Source of the DNA: an uncultured bacterium
Lineage (GTDB): Bacteria > Patescibacteriota > Minisyncoccia > Phycocordibacterales > Phycocordibacteraceae
NCBI GenBank assembly: GCA_947085505.1
Contig: CAMTWI010000004.1
Coordinates: forward strand, 193,800-257,799
Length of the DNA: 64,000 bases
Direction of reading: 5' to 3'
Part shown: piece after piece, positions 1 through 8,645 of the stretch
How the letters are laid out: the number at the start of each line of letters is the position of its first letter
Position numbering within the stretch: the first letter of the stretch is position 1
Notes under the pieces: generated by a model
Seen by the model: only the letters and a program-made list of their open reading frames with translations
Databases searched by the model: none
Told to the model about the DNA's origin: nothing
Program-made: the position numbers and the translations under genes

Positions 1-267
1 TTTGCGCTGGCTATCATGGCGGGGATTCGTGGGGTGGGGTCACGCGCCACCATCAACCTGGCCGGCAGCACTACGCATGTGTATCAAATTACTCGTGACC
101 TGGTTGAACTGAGCATACTGAAACACCCTCAGCTACATGCACGCATCAGGCGTGGATCAACAACACCCAGGGAAGACATGCGTGAAGTCTGGTGCGCACA
201 CCTCGCTGACATTCTCTGGAGTGCCATGAAAACACCTGTACAAGGTGAGCTCGCACTCGCAGGATAA
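1..267 (+). CDS. hypothetical protein, C-terminal fragment (ORF open at window edge)
   Basis: Frame 1 is open from nt 1 to TAA 265-267. A hairpin follows. No motif recognised. Confidence 0.3.
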   Translation, partial: FALAIMAGIRGVGSRATINLAGSTTHVYQITRDLVELSILKHPQLHARIRRGSTTPREDMREVWCAHLADILWSAMKTPVQGELALAG

Positions 268-279
268 GTCAGCATTCTC

Positions 280-314
280 AAGGGCGTCTTCGTATTCGTA
301 CGGAGGCGCCCTTT
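280..314 (+). terminator. hairpin terminator after the edge ORF
   Basis: 13-bp stem aagggcgtcttcg/cggaggcgccctt (two G-U pairs), loop tattcgta, then ttt. Confidence 0.45.
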
Positions 315-340
315 GACTATATTCACATAAATAGTATAGT
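313..340 (+). promoter_or_regulatory. sigma70-type promoter for 363..1244
   Basis: TTGACT 313-318, 16-nt spacer, TATAGT 335-340. AGGAG lies 7 nt before ATG 363. Confidence 0.45.
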
Positions 341-362
341 GAGATTTGAAAGGAGCCTTCTC

Positions 363-1244
363 ATGGCTAAGAAGCGACATAGCGCTTCCCATTGGAAGTG
401 CGACGAAACAGGTCTTTTTATCCTGACGCCGACAGGTCCCGTTGAGGTTTTTATTGACTCCATCTCTCTTGATGAGGTCCATTACTTCTATCTCGGGCGC
501 GATTACATCTACGAGCGTAAATTCGAGTATGCCTGCCGACGATACGAGAACAACCCGGGCACCCCGGGCGAACACTGGCGTGCAGCAATCAAAGACCTCT
601 CACGATCTCTGATGCATGCGTACTTCGCTATGCTCCAACCTGGCTGGGTGCGTAAGCGCCCCTTCATTTGGGTGGATGGCGAAAAAATGCTGTTCCAACG
701 TATCAGCCAACGCTATTTTGCGTTTAGCTGGAACGATGCTCGCTATGCCTTCTTCAGGAATGATGAGGGCGACATCGAGATTAGCGTCTACGACAAGGAC
801 GCACCGGACTTGCCTGAAAGCCTGTGTGCGAGCCTCCTTTGGTTCGCTGTCCGGATATGGCATGCCATTCCGGTTCCTGTACCGCTTCCCCGCTTTGATG
901 CGGAACGGTACAATACCTTCGTGAGTATGGAGAACCCAATGCGTAACCCGAAAAAGCGTCCTGCGCACGTCGAATCGTCTTACCAACGACTGGCGTATGC
1001 TGAACGGAACGGCCATCCGGTCGAAGAGATCGACAAGCATCAAGCCGAACTCCGTCAGCTTGGCAAACGCGGAGCTGAAGCCAAGAAGCAGGCACAACCC
1101 GCTACTGAGACTTCAGCTGAAGCCTTGATTCGGAGAGAGAATCTCATCCGGCAGAACGAGGCCCGTGCTATGGGCCTTGAACGAGGAGATCATCTCCTTC
1201 CGCCGGATGATCGTCCTGACGAATTCCGCGACTTCGCTGCATAA
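363..1244 (+). CDS. hypothetical protein (Trp/aromatic-rich N-domain, charged coiled C-terminal tail)
   Basis: ORF 339..1244 trimmed to ATG 363, which has an AGGAG SD. No family recognised. Confidence 0.55.
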   Translation: MAKKRHSASHWKCDETGLFILTPTGPVEVFIDSISLDEVHYFYLGRDYIYERKFEYACRRYENNPGTPGEHWRAAIKDLSRSLMHAYFAMLQPGWVRKRPFIWVDGEKMLFQRISQRYFAFSWNDARYAFFRNDEGDIEISVYDKDAPDLPESLCASLLWFAVRIWHAIPVPVPLPRFDAERYNTFVSMENPMRNPKKRPAHVESSYQRLAYAERNGHPVEEIDKHQAELRQLGKRGAEAKKQAQPATETSAEALIRRENLIRQNEARAMGLERGDHLLPPDDRPDEFRDFAA

Positions 1245-1382
1245 GCGGCAGAACCAACTCATCAATCGCCAAGCCCTCTCGCAGGACTTGGCGGTTCCTT
1301 TTATCTGAGAGAGTGGTAGAGTCCTTTCAGAGTTCGGTGGTGGTGGACCTCGAAGGAACCAACCTTTAAAGGATTCACTACA

Positions 1383-1721
1383 ATGAGTACTTCTTTGATC
1401 ACGACGCCGCTTTCGACTGCACGTGTCATCCTGCCTCCTGGTCCAATCTTTTCGAAGAGCGGCCAACCGCGCGTCCTCCGGGCGCTCATCTGGCGGGCCA
1501 GCATCTCGCAGTCCGAGCTAGCAATGTTTATCCACCATCATGGCTTCGGACCCGACGGAAGGACCGAACGTTATGACGGAACGCGGAGTGACGGCTTGAT
1601 CGAGCTTGAGCGCACTGTACCCAACGTACGGACGCATAACGAGCTGTTGCAGCAGGCCTGTGTTTTTGCAAACCAGATAAAAGAACACTTCGCGCACCTC
1701 GAAGAAGTCACGGTGCATTAA
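1383..1721 (+). CDS. hypothetical small protein, possible helix-turn-helix
   Basis: 112-aa ORF. The segment LRALIWRASISQSELAMFI resembles an HTH. Weak call. Confidence 0.4.
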   Translation: MSTSLITTPLSTARVILPPGPIFSKSGQPRVLRALIWRASISQSELAMFIHHHGFGPDGRTERYDGTRSDGLIELERTVPNVRTHNELLQQACVFANQIKEHFAHLEEVTVH

Positions 1722-1789
1722 ACCCCGAGCCGCCCACACGCAGAATGCGTACCGGGCGGTTTACCTTTTATGCGGTACCATTCCATACA

Positions 1790-2608
1790 ATGATTCCCCG
1801 GTACGTCGTACTCAACAAGAAACTCGGACAGACACCGCTGCAGGCTATTGATGCATGGAGACTTGAGCATCCTGAACACAAGGATGTTCCGGCAACCTAC
1901 GCAGGCAGGCTTGATCCCATGGCAACGGGAGAGCTTCTCGTCTTACTTGGCGAGGAATGCAAGAGACAAGAAGCGTACCGCGGTCTCGACAAGGAATATG
2001 AGATTGAGATACTTCTCGATTTCTCTACGGACACCGGCGACATACTTGGCATGCCTACGTATTCGAATACCATTACTCTTCCTAGCAAGCGGGACATCAC
2101 TCGCACCACTCGGGCAGAGATTGGCACAAAAGAAGTACCCTACCCTGCGTTCTCCTCAAAGACTGTAGATGGGAAGCCACTATTTTTGCATGCGCTTGAA
2201 GGGACACTCGATTCTATTTCTATACCTACACATGAAGAGAGAATCTATAGCATCAAACATGTGGCAGCTCGTACGATTGAAATAAATGACCTTAGAAAAA
2301 GGGTTATCGATATCCTCTCTCTCGCTCCCCGTACAAATGAGCCATCAAAAGAGCTCGGTGCGGACTTCAGGCAGGACGAAATTGGCGCAGCATGGCTGAA
2401 TTCTCTTTCTACACTTGAAGACCGAGGATTTGTTGTCCTTACACTCACTGTTACCTGTGCGTCCGGTACCTATATGAGAAGCCTTGCAGAGCGAATTGGA
2501 ATCGAACTAGGTACGCAGGCAGTTGCTCTTTCTATACATAGAACACGTGTTGGACAATGCGCAGCACTCCCGTTCGGCCTTTGCGTTTGGATCAAGACCT
2601 ACACATAA
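1790..2608 (+). CDS. truB: tRNA pseudouridine(55) synthase TruB
   Basis: GRLDPMATGELLVL catalytic-Asp motif. Start trimmed to MIPRYVVLNKK (ATG 1790) within ORF 1745..2608. Confidence 0.8.
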   Translation: MIPRYVVLNKKLGQTPLQAIDAWRLEHPEHKDVPATYAGRLDPMATGELLVLLGEECKRQEAYRGLDKEYEIEILLDFSTDTGDILGMPTYSNTITLPSKRDITRTTRAEIGTKEVPYPAFSSKTVDGKPLFLHALEGTLDSISIPTHEERIYSIKHVAARTIEINDLRKRVIDILSLAPRTNEPSKELGADFRQDEIGAAWLNSLSTLEDRGFVVLTLTVTCASGTYMRSLAERIGIELGTQAVALSIHRTRVGQCAALPFGLCVWIKTYT

Positions 2609-2625
2609 GCCTGAACCGTATACGC

Positions 2626-2650
2626 AAAAACCGCCCTTTCGGGCGGGTTT
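2626..2650. terminator. bidirectional hairpin terminator (truB / tRNA-Glu)
   Basis: aaaaa-ccgccc-tttc-gggcgg-ttt. Confidence 0.7.
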
Positions 2651-2657
2651 GCTCGTG

Positions 2658-2729
2658 TGACCTCACGGGGAATCGAACCCCGATTTGATCCGTGAGAGGG
2701 ATCTGTCCTAACCGTTAGACGATGAGGCC
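2658..2729 (-). tRNA. tRNA-Glu (anticodon CUC)
   Basis: The reverse complement GGCCTCATCGTCTAACGGTTAGGACAGATCCCTCTCACGGATCAAATCGGGGTTCGATTCCCCGTGAGGTCA folds as a cloverleaf. It has a 7-bp acceptor stem, anticodon loop CUCUCAC and T-loop GGTTCGATTCC. CCA is not encoded. Confidence 0.9.
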
Positions 2730-2737
2730 GTCCAGAC

Positions 2738-2747
2738 TTTTATACCA
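2738..2747 (-). promoter_or_regulatory. extended -10 promoter for tRNA-Glu
   Basis: The minus strand reads cTGgTATAAA, ending about 9 nt before the tRNA 5' end. Confidence 0.45.
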
Positions 2748-2768
2748 GATTCAGGAATCAGACGCCAC

Positions 2769-4052
2769 CTATCGAGCCTTCCATTCGGTCTCCTGGCGGA
2801 CAAGCCGATTGCGGTCCTCGGGGTTTCTGAGGAGCCGTTCGGCGATTCGCTCAGTACGAATACTCTGAGAACCTTTAACAAGAACCACGTCCCCTTCTTG
2901 AATAATTGCCTCAAGCACTTCGCTAGCTTCGTCTGAAGTGTTGTACGAAAACACCTGGTCTTTCTTCATGCCCGCCGTGAGTGCTGCAGTTGCGGTTGCA
3001 CGAGAGCGCACACCAACAGCAACCAACATGTCGACATGGGAGGCAGCGAGCGTTCCAATACGCTCGTGCTCTTCATATGAGTAGCGACCAAGCTCGAGCA
3101 TGTCCCCAAGCACCGCAATGCGGCGTCCCTTGGAAGAAAGGAGCTGGAGCGCAGACAACGCTTCTTCAACGGCTGCTGGCGACGCATTATATGAATCATC
3201 GATAAGGTAGGAACCGTTCTTGCCGGGGATGATTCGCCCGCGGCCTGCTGGCGCAACATAGTCCAGAGCACCGCGGAGTGCCATAGCAAGCGTTGTATCA
3301 AGCGAAAGCGCACACGCAATTGCCGCGGCAGGCGCATAGAGCTGGCTCTTTCCAAGCGCACCCTTAACGCGAAACGTATGATTCTTGCCTTTAACACTCA
3401 GCTGCGCCTCCATACCGCATTCACTTCCCTCTTCATAGAAAGAGTAGCCCTCGAGCCTGATATCGCTTCCTTCAGCGAAACCAAAGGTCGTTATCGTTAC
3501 AGAAAGCCTCGAAGCCATTGTTACCGCATTTGGATCGTCTGCAGAGATAATAAGCGGCGCACCGTTTGAAAGTGCATACGCCGGTGCGAACTCCTCGTCC
3601 CGTACCGCTTGAGGACTCGCATACGCTTCAACGTGCACCGGCACGTCTGGCAACCTCGTAACAATAACCGCATCAGGCTTCACGAAGCGCAGAATACGTG
3701 CGAGGTCTCCAGGCCTATCTGCACCAACCTCAAGTACGAGAAGTTTTGGATAGTGACTTGGAAGGAGTATCAGTCCAAGCGCATCCTTAAATACCCGCAG
3801 CCAGGCGATGGGATTCTCCCACGGGTTTTTTGCACCAATGATAGTGAGCGGAACACCGAACTCACTGTTGTAGCTCTTCTCGCTCGCGCGTAGGTGATAC
3901 CGGGAAGCGAGTACGGCTGCAGCTGCGTCTTTGGTTGAGGTCTTGCCCACACTCCCTGTCACCATAACGATGAGCGGTCGATACTTCTCGATAATTGCCT
4001 GAGCCAGAAGCGCGAGACACTGGGCGACCATTGCTTTCAGGATTGATTTCAT
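2769..4052 (-). CDS. murF: UDP-MurNAc-tripeptide--D-Ala-D-Ala ligase MurF
   Basis: Mur ligase P-loop VTGSVGKTSTK and C-terminal GDMLELG. Last gene of the dcw fragment. Confidence 0.85.
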   Translation of the reverse strand: MKSILKAMVAQCLALLAQAIIEKYRPLIVMVTGSVGKTSTKDAAAAVLASRYHLRASEKSYNSEFGVPLTIIGAKNPWENPIAWLRVFKDALGLILLPSHYPKLLVLEVGADRPGDLARILRFVKPDAVIVTRLPDVPVHVEAYASPQAVRDEEFAPAYALSNGAPLIISADDPNAVTMASRLSVTITTFGFAEGSDIRLEGYSFYEEGSECGMEAQLSVKGKNHTFRVKGALGKSQLYAPAAAIACALSLDTTLAMALRGALDYVAPAGRGRIIPGKNGSYLIDDSYNASPAAVEEALSALQLLSSKGRRIAVLGDMLELGRYSYEEHERIGTLAASHVDMLVAVGVRSRATATAALTAGMKKDQVFSYNTSDEASEVLEAIIQEGDVVLVKGSQSIRTERIAERLLRNPEDRNRLVRQETEWKAR

Positions 4053-5782
4053 AGGCTGGTCGGATAATCAGCCCTATCCGGAGGGATCTCATAATAATTA
4101 ATTAAAAAATGTGTCAGTTCCATGAAGGGGTGGGTGAGGGTCTCGGAAGCGTACTGTACGCCCCCAGGCTCCCGGGTGTAAAGCAGGATAATGAACTTAG
4201 GGTCATAAGCGGGAAAATAGCCAAAGAACGAGTGGAAGTACTTCCCTTCGGAGTACTTACCTCCCGGACCTGCAATTTGAGCCGTACCCGTCTTAGCCGC
4301 AACACTCATCTCAGGGATCTTCACCGCCCCTCCAGCGAGTTTCTTGTCAACAACCTCAACGAGCATGCGGGTGGTGCTTTCTGCAGCTGCCGCACTAAAG
4401 ACACGCTCAGGCATACCCCACGAAAGTCGCTTCTCGAGTCTACTCTCGAGTCTAATCTTCTCTACCAAGTGCGGTGTCACCACCTGCCCCCCGTTAGCGA
4501 GTGCACCGAGTGCACGAATCATCTGTACCGGAGTTTGCGCAATTCCCTGCCCGTAGGACGCGGTTGCGTACTCGATGTCACGCGGACTTGTCTCGATATT
4601 CCTGAGGTCTCCTTTAATCTCGCTTGGCAGGTCAATGCCAGTCTCGGTTGCCATACCGAGATCTTTGAAGTATCCACGGAACTTGTCATGCCCAACCTTA
4701 AGCGCAACATACGAAGCGCCCATATTTAAAGACTGGGACAAAATCTCCTGCATTGGTGTTACGCCGCGTGCCTTCAGATCGTAGTTACAAAACTTCTTGT
4801 TGTTGAGGGTGGTGCACCCGGTATCGGTATAGGTTGAGGACGGAGTAATGACACCTGAATCGAGACCCGCTGCTATAGTAAGGGCTTTCACAATCGAACC
4901 GAATTCATACCGGTGCTCAACTAAAGGGTTCCCGAAATGTGCCGGATTCCCATTCACAAAATTATTCGCATCGAACGATGGGGCGGTATCAAGCGCAATA
5001 ATCGCTCCGGTCTTTGGATCCATGATAATACCCCCAGTTTCATAGCTACCGTACTGAGCATTTACTTTAACGAGAATCTGATTGAGCTTTTCCTGCACCA
5101 CCGGCTCAATTGAAGTAATGAGGTCCCCTTCTCGAGTTTCGCGCGCGTTAACGGTAACGCTATTGATATTCGCAAAAAGCTCTGCAAAAAAGTTTCCGAA
5201 CACACCTACTGATTCTCGGCTCAGTGCATCGTTGTAGTAACGCTCAAGACCGAACCGTCCAGCGAGCGTATCGTCGTCGTCATACGCAACGAACCCAATC
5301 GATTGCGCAGCGCGTGTCTCTCCTGGGTATGCTCGCCACCTCTCACGCTCTACGCGTATTCCCTTTAACTTTAGTGCTTCTATTGCACGGCCCACATCTT
5401 CTTCTACACGCTTCGCCACAACTTCATATGGGTCTTCCTTCCTTGCTGCTGATGTAAAGAATGCATTTCGGTCAACTGGCACAAGGGCTGTTATCGCGGC
5501 GTAGGTCGCTTCTGGGTCCTCAACTAGCTTTGGTGTCATGGCAATCGTAAAACCATTCCTTAGCGTTGCGGCGGAGAGTAGCGTCCCGTCTTTACGCGTA
5601 AAGTAAATGGTTCCCCGATCGTAGAGCTCCTGACTAGCTGACACATACTGCCGCTCAGCACGCAGCGAGAATTCATTACCGTGCACTATTTGTACAAAAT
5701 AAAGCCTCGTTATGAGAAGTAACGCAATACAGACAAGTGCCAGGGTAAGTATTCGAAGTCTTGTACGAATCGCCCGGCGCAT
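4049..5782 (-). CDS. ftsI: penicillin-binding protein, FtsI-like transpeptidase
   Basis: N-terminal TM segment, SxxK (GSIVKALT), SLN and KTGTAQ motifs. Sits in the dcw context. Confidence 0.8.
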   Translation of the reverse strand: MRRAIRTRLRILTLALVCIALLLITRLYFVQIVHGNEFSLRAERQYVSASQELYDRGTIYFTRKDGTLLSAATLRNGFTIAMTPKLVEDPEATYAAITALVPVDRNAFFTSAARKEDPYEVVAKRVEEDVGRAIEALKLKGIRVERERWRAYPGETRAAQSIGFVAYDDDDTLAGRFGLERYYNDALSRESVGVFGNFFAELFANINSVTVNARETREGDLITSIEPVVQEKLNQILVKVNAQYGSYETGGIIMDPKTGAIIALDTAPSFDANNFVNGNPAHFGNPLVEHRYEFGSIVKALTIAAGLDSGVITPSSTYTDTGCTTLNNKKFCNYDLKARGVTPMQEILSQSLNMGASYVALKVGHDKFRGYFKDLGMATETGIDLPSEIKGDLRNIETSPRDIEYATASYGQGIAQTPVQMIRALGALANGGQVVTPHLVEKIRLESRLEKRLSWGMPERVFSAAAAESTTRMLVEVVDKKLAGGAVKIPEMSVAAKTGTAQIAGPGGKYSEGKYFHSFFGYFPAYDPKFIILLYTREPGGVQYASETLTHPFMELTHFLINYYEIPPDRADYPTSL

Positions 5783-5785
5783 AGA

Positions 5786-6064
5786 TTAACGAAGTGTAAC
5801 GGAAGGAGCGGTCTGTGTGGTTGCGTACATGACGCGAGCAGGTGGGACGAGTCCGAGGCTACCTGGATCTATCTTATCAATCTGCGCGACCATACTGTAA
5901 TACCGGCTCTCAAGACGAGCGATATCTGCTTCAGTCTCATGCACCTCCATAGCAAGGTTTGTCTGCCACGCAGCCATTGAGACTGTAACCACGATAAGCA
6001 CGAGATAGCTGGCGACAAGCGCTCCGCAAGCATATCCCAAAATTGAAACGGTTCGATCAGGCAT
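5786..6064 (-). CDS. small bitopic division protein, FtsL-like
   Basis: 92 aa with a single TM segment plus a coiled segment. It lies between rsmH and ftsI, the usual ftsL position. Confidence 0.5.
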   Translation of the reverse strand: MPDRTVSILGYACGALVASYLVLIVVTVSMAAWQTNLAMEVHETEADIARLESRYYSMVAQIDKIDPGSLGLVPPARVMYATTQTAPSVTLR

Positions 6065-7019
6065 ACGCAGGAAATGAGGTTAGGTTAATTCGGTTCTTCA
6101 CAGCAGGCGGACCTGATGTATAGAGCCTGAGCTTCGCGCTACGAGCACGAGGATTCTTCGTATTTTCTTCAGTAGACGGCACGATTGGCTTGCGCTGGAC
6201 GAGACTTCCCTTCCCAGCTTCCACAGCGTCACGGAACATCACCTTTACGATGCGGTCCTCGATGCTGTGGAAACTGATAACGGCGATACGCCCTCCGGCA
6301 GGCACCCGCTCAATAGCCGCAGCCAGACCGTCACGAAGTGCACCGAGCTCGTCGTTGGCGGCAATACGGAGCGCCTGGAACGTCTTCGTTGCTGGATGGA
6401 TACGGCGATGCTGGTACCAGGACGGTGTTCCCTCGCCGATAGCCTCAACAAGCTGCGTCGTAGTTTCAATTGGCGCGTTCTCGCGCTGCAAAACAACTGA
6501 CTTCGCAATTGATTTCGCAAAGCGCTCTTCGCCAAGAGACCAGAGAAGATCTGCGAGTGAACTCTCGGACAGATGGTTCACAAGGTCCCCGGCTGTGGTG
6601 CTCTCGCTAGGGTCTCCGTACGTCATGAGGAGTGGCTCATCAACCTTGAACGAGAAGCCGCGGCCGCTTGTAAGATGGAATGCGCTCCACCCAAGATCAA
6701 ACATCACTTTGGTCGGCGTGAGTCCCTCTACATCAAGGAGCGCACCAAGGTCGCGGAAGTTTCCGTTAATGAGACGAACCGTAGGGCGCTCAGCTGCTGG
6801 AATTTCGTCCACGACCTTCTGTGCACGAAGGAGTGCATCAGCATCTGCATCAATGCCCACCAAGACACCCTTAGGGCCAAGCTTTTTGAGTGCCTCGCGG
6901 AAATGTCCCGCTCCACCGAGTGTTGCATCGACAACGACGTCGTCTTGCTTAATTTCAAGGCCGTCTACGGTCTCGTGAAGGAGAACGGTTTCGTGTGCGC
7001 GAGTGAGGTCGTTCTCCAT
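6057..7019 (-). CDS. rsmH: 16S rRNA (cytosine1402-N4)-methyltransferase RsmH
   Basis: DATLGGAGH SAM motif. Start trimmed to MENDLTRAHETVLLHE (ATG at 7019), which overlaps the mraZ stop by a few nt. Confidence 0.85.
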   Translation of the reverse strand: MENDLTRAHETVLLHETVDGLEIKQDDVVVDATLGGAGHFREALKKLGPKGVLVGIDADADALLRAQKVVDEIPAAERPTVRLINGNFRDLGALLDVEGLTPTKVMFDLGWSAFHLTSGRGFSFKVDEPLLMTYGDPSESTTAGDLVNHLSESSLADLLWSLGEERFAKSIAKSVVLQRENAPIETTTQLVEAIGEGTPSWYQHRRIHPATKTFQALRIAANDELGALRDGLAAAIERVPAGGRIAVISFHSIEDRIVKVMFRDAVEAGKGSLVQRKPIVPSTEENTKNPRARSAKLRLYTSGPPAVKNRINLTSFPAYA

Positions 7020-7023
7020 ATGA

Positions 7024-7458
7024 TTATGCGAGCGATCGAGCCCCAAGAGTCTCTGCGAAGGAATCAGCATCGCGCTCAATATCCTTGGTGTATGCTTCCC
7101 ACGCGGTTTCGTCCCAGAGCTCGACACGATCTGAAACACCGGCAACCACACACTTCCCGGAAAGCACGGCGTACGATTTCAAATAATCAGGGACGAGGAT
7201 GCGGCCTGCAGAGTCGACATCTGCCTCGTTCGCACCTGCGAGCATAAGGCGCGCAAATGCGCGGCCTGCGGCCCCTCCCGATGAATGCTGTGCAAACTTT
7301 TGTGCTTCCTTCTTCCATGCTGCCTTCGGATAGACGAAGAGACAGTGATCAAGACCGCGCGTCACGATGACCGAAGAACCGAGCTCCTTACGGAACTTTG
7401 CGGGAAGCGAGAGACGATTCTTCGCATCGAGGGTGTGACGGTATTCTCCGATGAACAT
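7024..7458 (-). CDS. mraZ: transcriptional regulator MraZ
   Basis: MFIGEYRHTLDAKNRLSLPAKFR and a second SpoVT/AbrB-like repeat. Confidence 0.9.
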   Translation of the reverse strand: MFIGEYRHTLDAKNRLSLPAKFRKELGSSVIVTRGLDHCLFVYPKAAWKKEAQKFAQHSSGGAAGRAFARLMLAGANEADVDSAGRILVPDYLKSYAVLSGKCVVAGVSDRVELWDETAWEAYTKDIERDADSFAETLGARSLA

Positions 7459-7497
7459 AATAAGTAGGTTTCGCGAGAATGATGAAGGGACACGGTT

Positions 7498-7543
7498 CCC
7501 ACTTCATCCCACTTATATGCCAGTATATGCCACTTTCACCCAC
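7498..7543 (-). promoter_or_regulatory. MraZ-box array (five phased repeats)
   Basis: Plus-strand CCCAC 7498, CCCAC 7508, GCCAG 7519, GCCAC 7529 and CCCAC 7539. These read as GTGGG/GTGGC/CTGGC on the mraZ strand, spaced 10-11 bp apart, 40-85 nt upstream of mraZ. Confidence 0.6.
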
Positions 7544-7732
7544 TTAATATGTAGTTCCTATGAAAAGTTGTGTATAACCCTACCTTGCGTGATTACCAAC
7601 ATGCGCTATGCTTGCCCTACTGTGACTCAAGCAATTAATCAGGTGTTGACCTTCGTCTGCATTTACTTCGGCCTCATTAAGATGGTCGGGGTTTCGCTTG
7701 AGGTTTCTCCAGGAAAGTAGGAAAGAAACTTG

Positions 7733-7770
7733 AATCGAGCCCCCGACCAGAAACGGACGGGGGCTCGATT
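7733..7770. repeat. perfect 13-bp inverted repeat (hairpin)
   Basis: aatcgagcccccg (7733-7745) and cgggggctcgatt (7758-7770), with a 12-nt loop. Confidence 0.8.
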
Positions 7771-7819
7771 GCCTTTATAGGCAATACTGCCCTTTCACTC
7801 AAACAATGGAGGAAGTACT

Positions 7820-8032
7820 GTGACTGATTCCCCTGCTGGTGGCCCTCTGCATAGGTCTGTGGTACAGACCCCTGTCTCTTCGGCGATGACGTCGCCCAAT
7901 CTGGCATCTGATGACGTCCCCCGGACGCTCGCTGCGTACGGGGAAGGACATCCGCTCCCGCCAATGGAGACTGAGGCCGATCGCGATGCGTTCGAAGCAG
8001 CGCAGCGCCGCGGCTGGCAAGACCGATCCTGA
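7820..8032 (+). CDS. hypothetical small protein (70 aa, Pro/Ala/Asp-rich), GC-rich
   Basis: GTG 7820 is preceded by GGAGG 7808-7812 (7-nt spacer). The ORF ends just before terminator 8051-8081. Coding status uncertain. Confidence 0.35.
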   Translation: MTDSPAGGPLHRSVVQTPVSSAMTSPNLASDDVPRTLAAYGEGHPLPPMETEADRDAFEAAQRRGWQDRS

Positions 8033-8050
8033 GTCGCAGAAGCGACAGGC

Positions 8051-8081
8051 AAAAAGGGCCCCGTACAAACGGGGCCCTTTT
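8051..8081. terminator. bidirectional terminator (small ORF / greA)
   Basis: aaaaa-gggccccg-tacaaa-cggggccc-tttt. Confidence 0.75.
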
Positions 8082-8097
8082 CACATTCAATTACTCG

Positions 8098-8568
8098 CTA
8101 CGCAACCTTCTCAATCGTATACGTCTGCTTTCCGTTCGGCGTCTCGAACGTAAAGACATCGCCCTTCTTCTTGCCCATGAGTGCCGCGCCAAGCGGCGAG
8201 ACATGAGAAAGCTTGTGGATGCGCATGTCCGCTTCTTCTGAACCCACGATAGTGTACTCGTGTGTGTCACCAGAACCCTCCTTTTTAATCGTTACCGTTG
8301 AGCTGAAGCCAACAACATCCTTCTTCTTGCCGTCTGTAACAATCTTCGCGCGCTTAACAAGCTCTTCGAGCTTCCTGATGCGTTCTTCGGTAGCTGCCTG
8401 GAGCTCACGCGCCTCCTGGTACTCTGCGTTCTCGGACAAGTCGCCAAGCGAGCGAGCATACTCAAGATTCTCCGCAATCTCGGTGCGGCGGACGGTTTTC
8501 AAATTCTCGAGCTCCTTTATCATCTCGTCGAATTTCTCCTGGCTTACGACAGTATCCTGGTCGGTCAT
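8098..8568 (-). CDS. greA: transcription elongation factor GreA
   Basis: N-terminal coiled-coil (LGDLSENAEYQEARE) plus a C-terminal FKBP-like domain. Confidence 0.9.
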   Translation of the reverse strand: MTDQDTVVSQEKFDEMIKELENLKTVRRTEIAENLEYARSLGDLSENAEYQEARELQAATEERIRKLEELVKRAKIVTDGKKKDVVGFSSTVTIKKEGSGDTHEYTIVGSEEADMRIHKLSHVSPLGAALMGKKKGDVFTFETPNGKQTYTIEKVA

Positions 8569-8645
8569 GTGCTATGTGAATGAATTGTGCGAACGCTAGT
8601 TGGTGTAGGTATTGTACGGGCTCCCTTTCTGGCGTCAAATACCCT

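Noticed and set aside
6190-6978. Long antisense ORFs: 6190..6978, 11304..12305, 15792..16475, 32495..33490, 34199..34873, 36348..36806, 55842..56342 and others
   Set aside because: They lie opposite genes with strong motif support. They have Arg/Ser/Pro-rich low-complexity translations typical of shadow frames, and they lack start signals.
7680-8090. RNase P RNA, tmRNA, SRP RNA or 6S RNA in the large mraZ-greA gap
   Set aside because: Neither strand contains GAGGAAAGTCC / ACAGAACCCGGCTTA (RNase P). Neither has a tRNA-like GGGG…TTCGA…CCACCA end pair (tmRNA) or the GGAAGCAGC helix-8 motif in a hairpin context (SRP). The similarities seen (AGGAAAGT, GAAGCAGCG, GGGGGCTCGATT) are short and in the wrong structural context.
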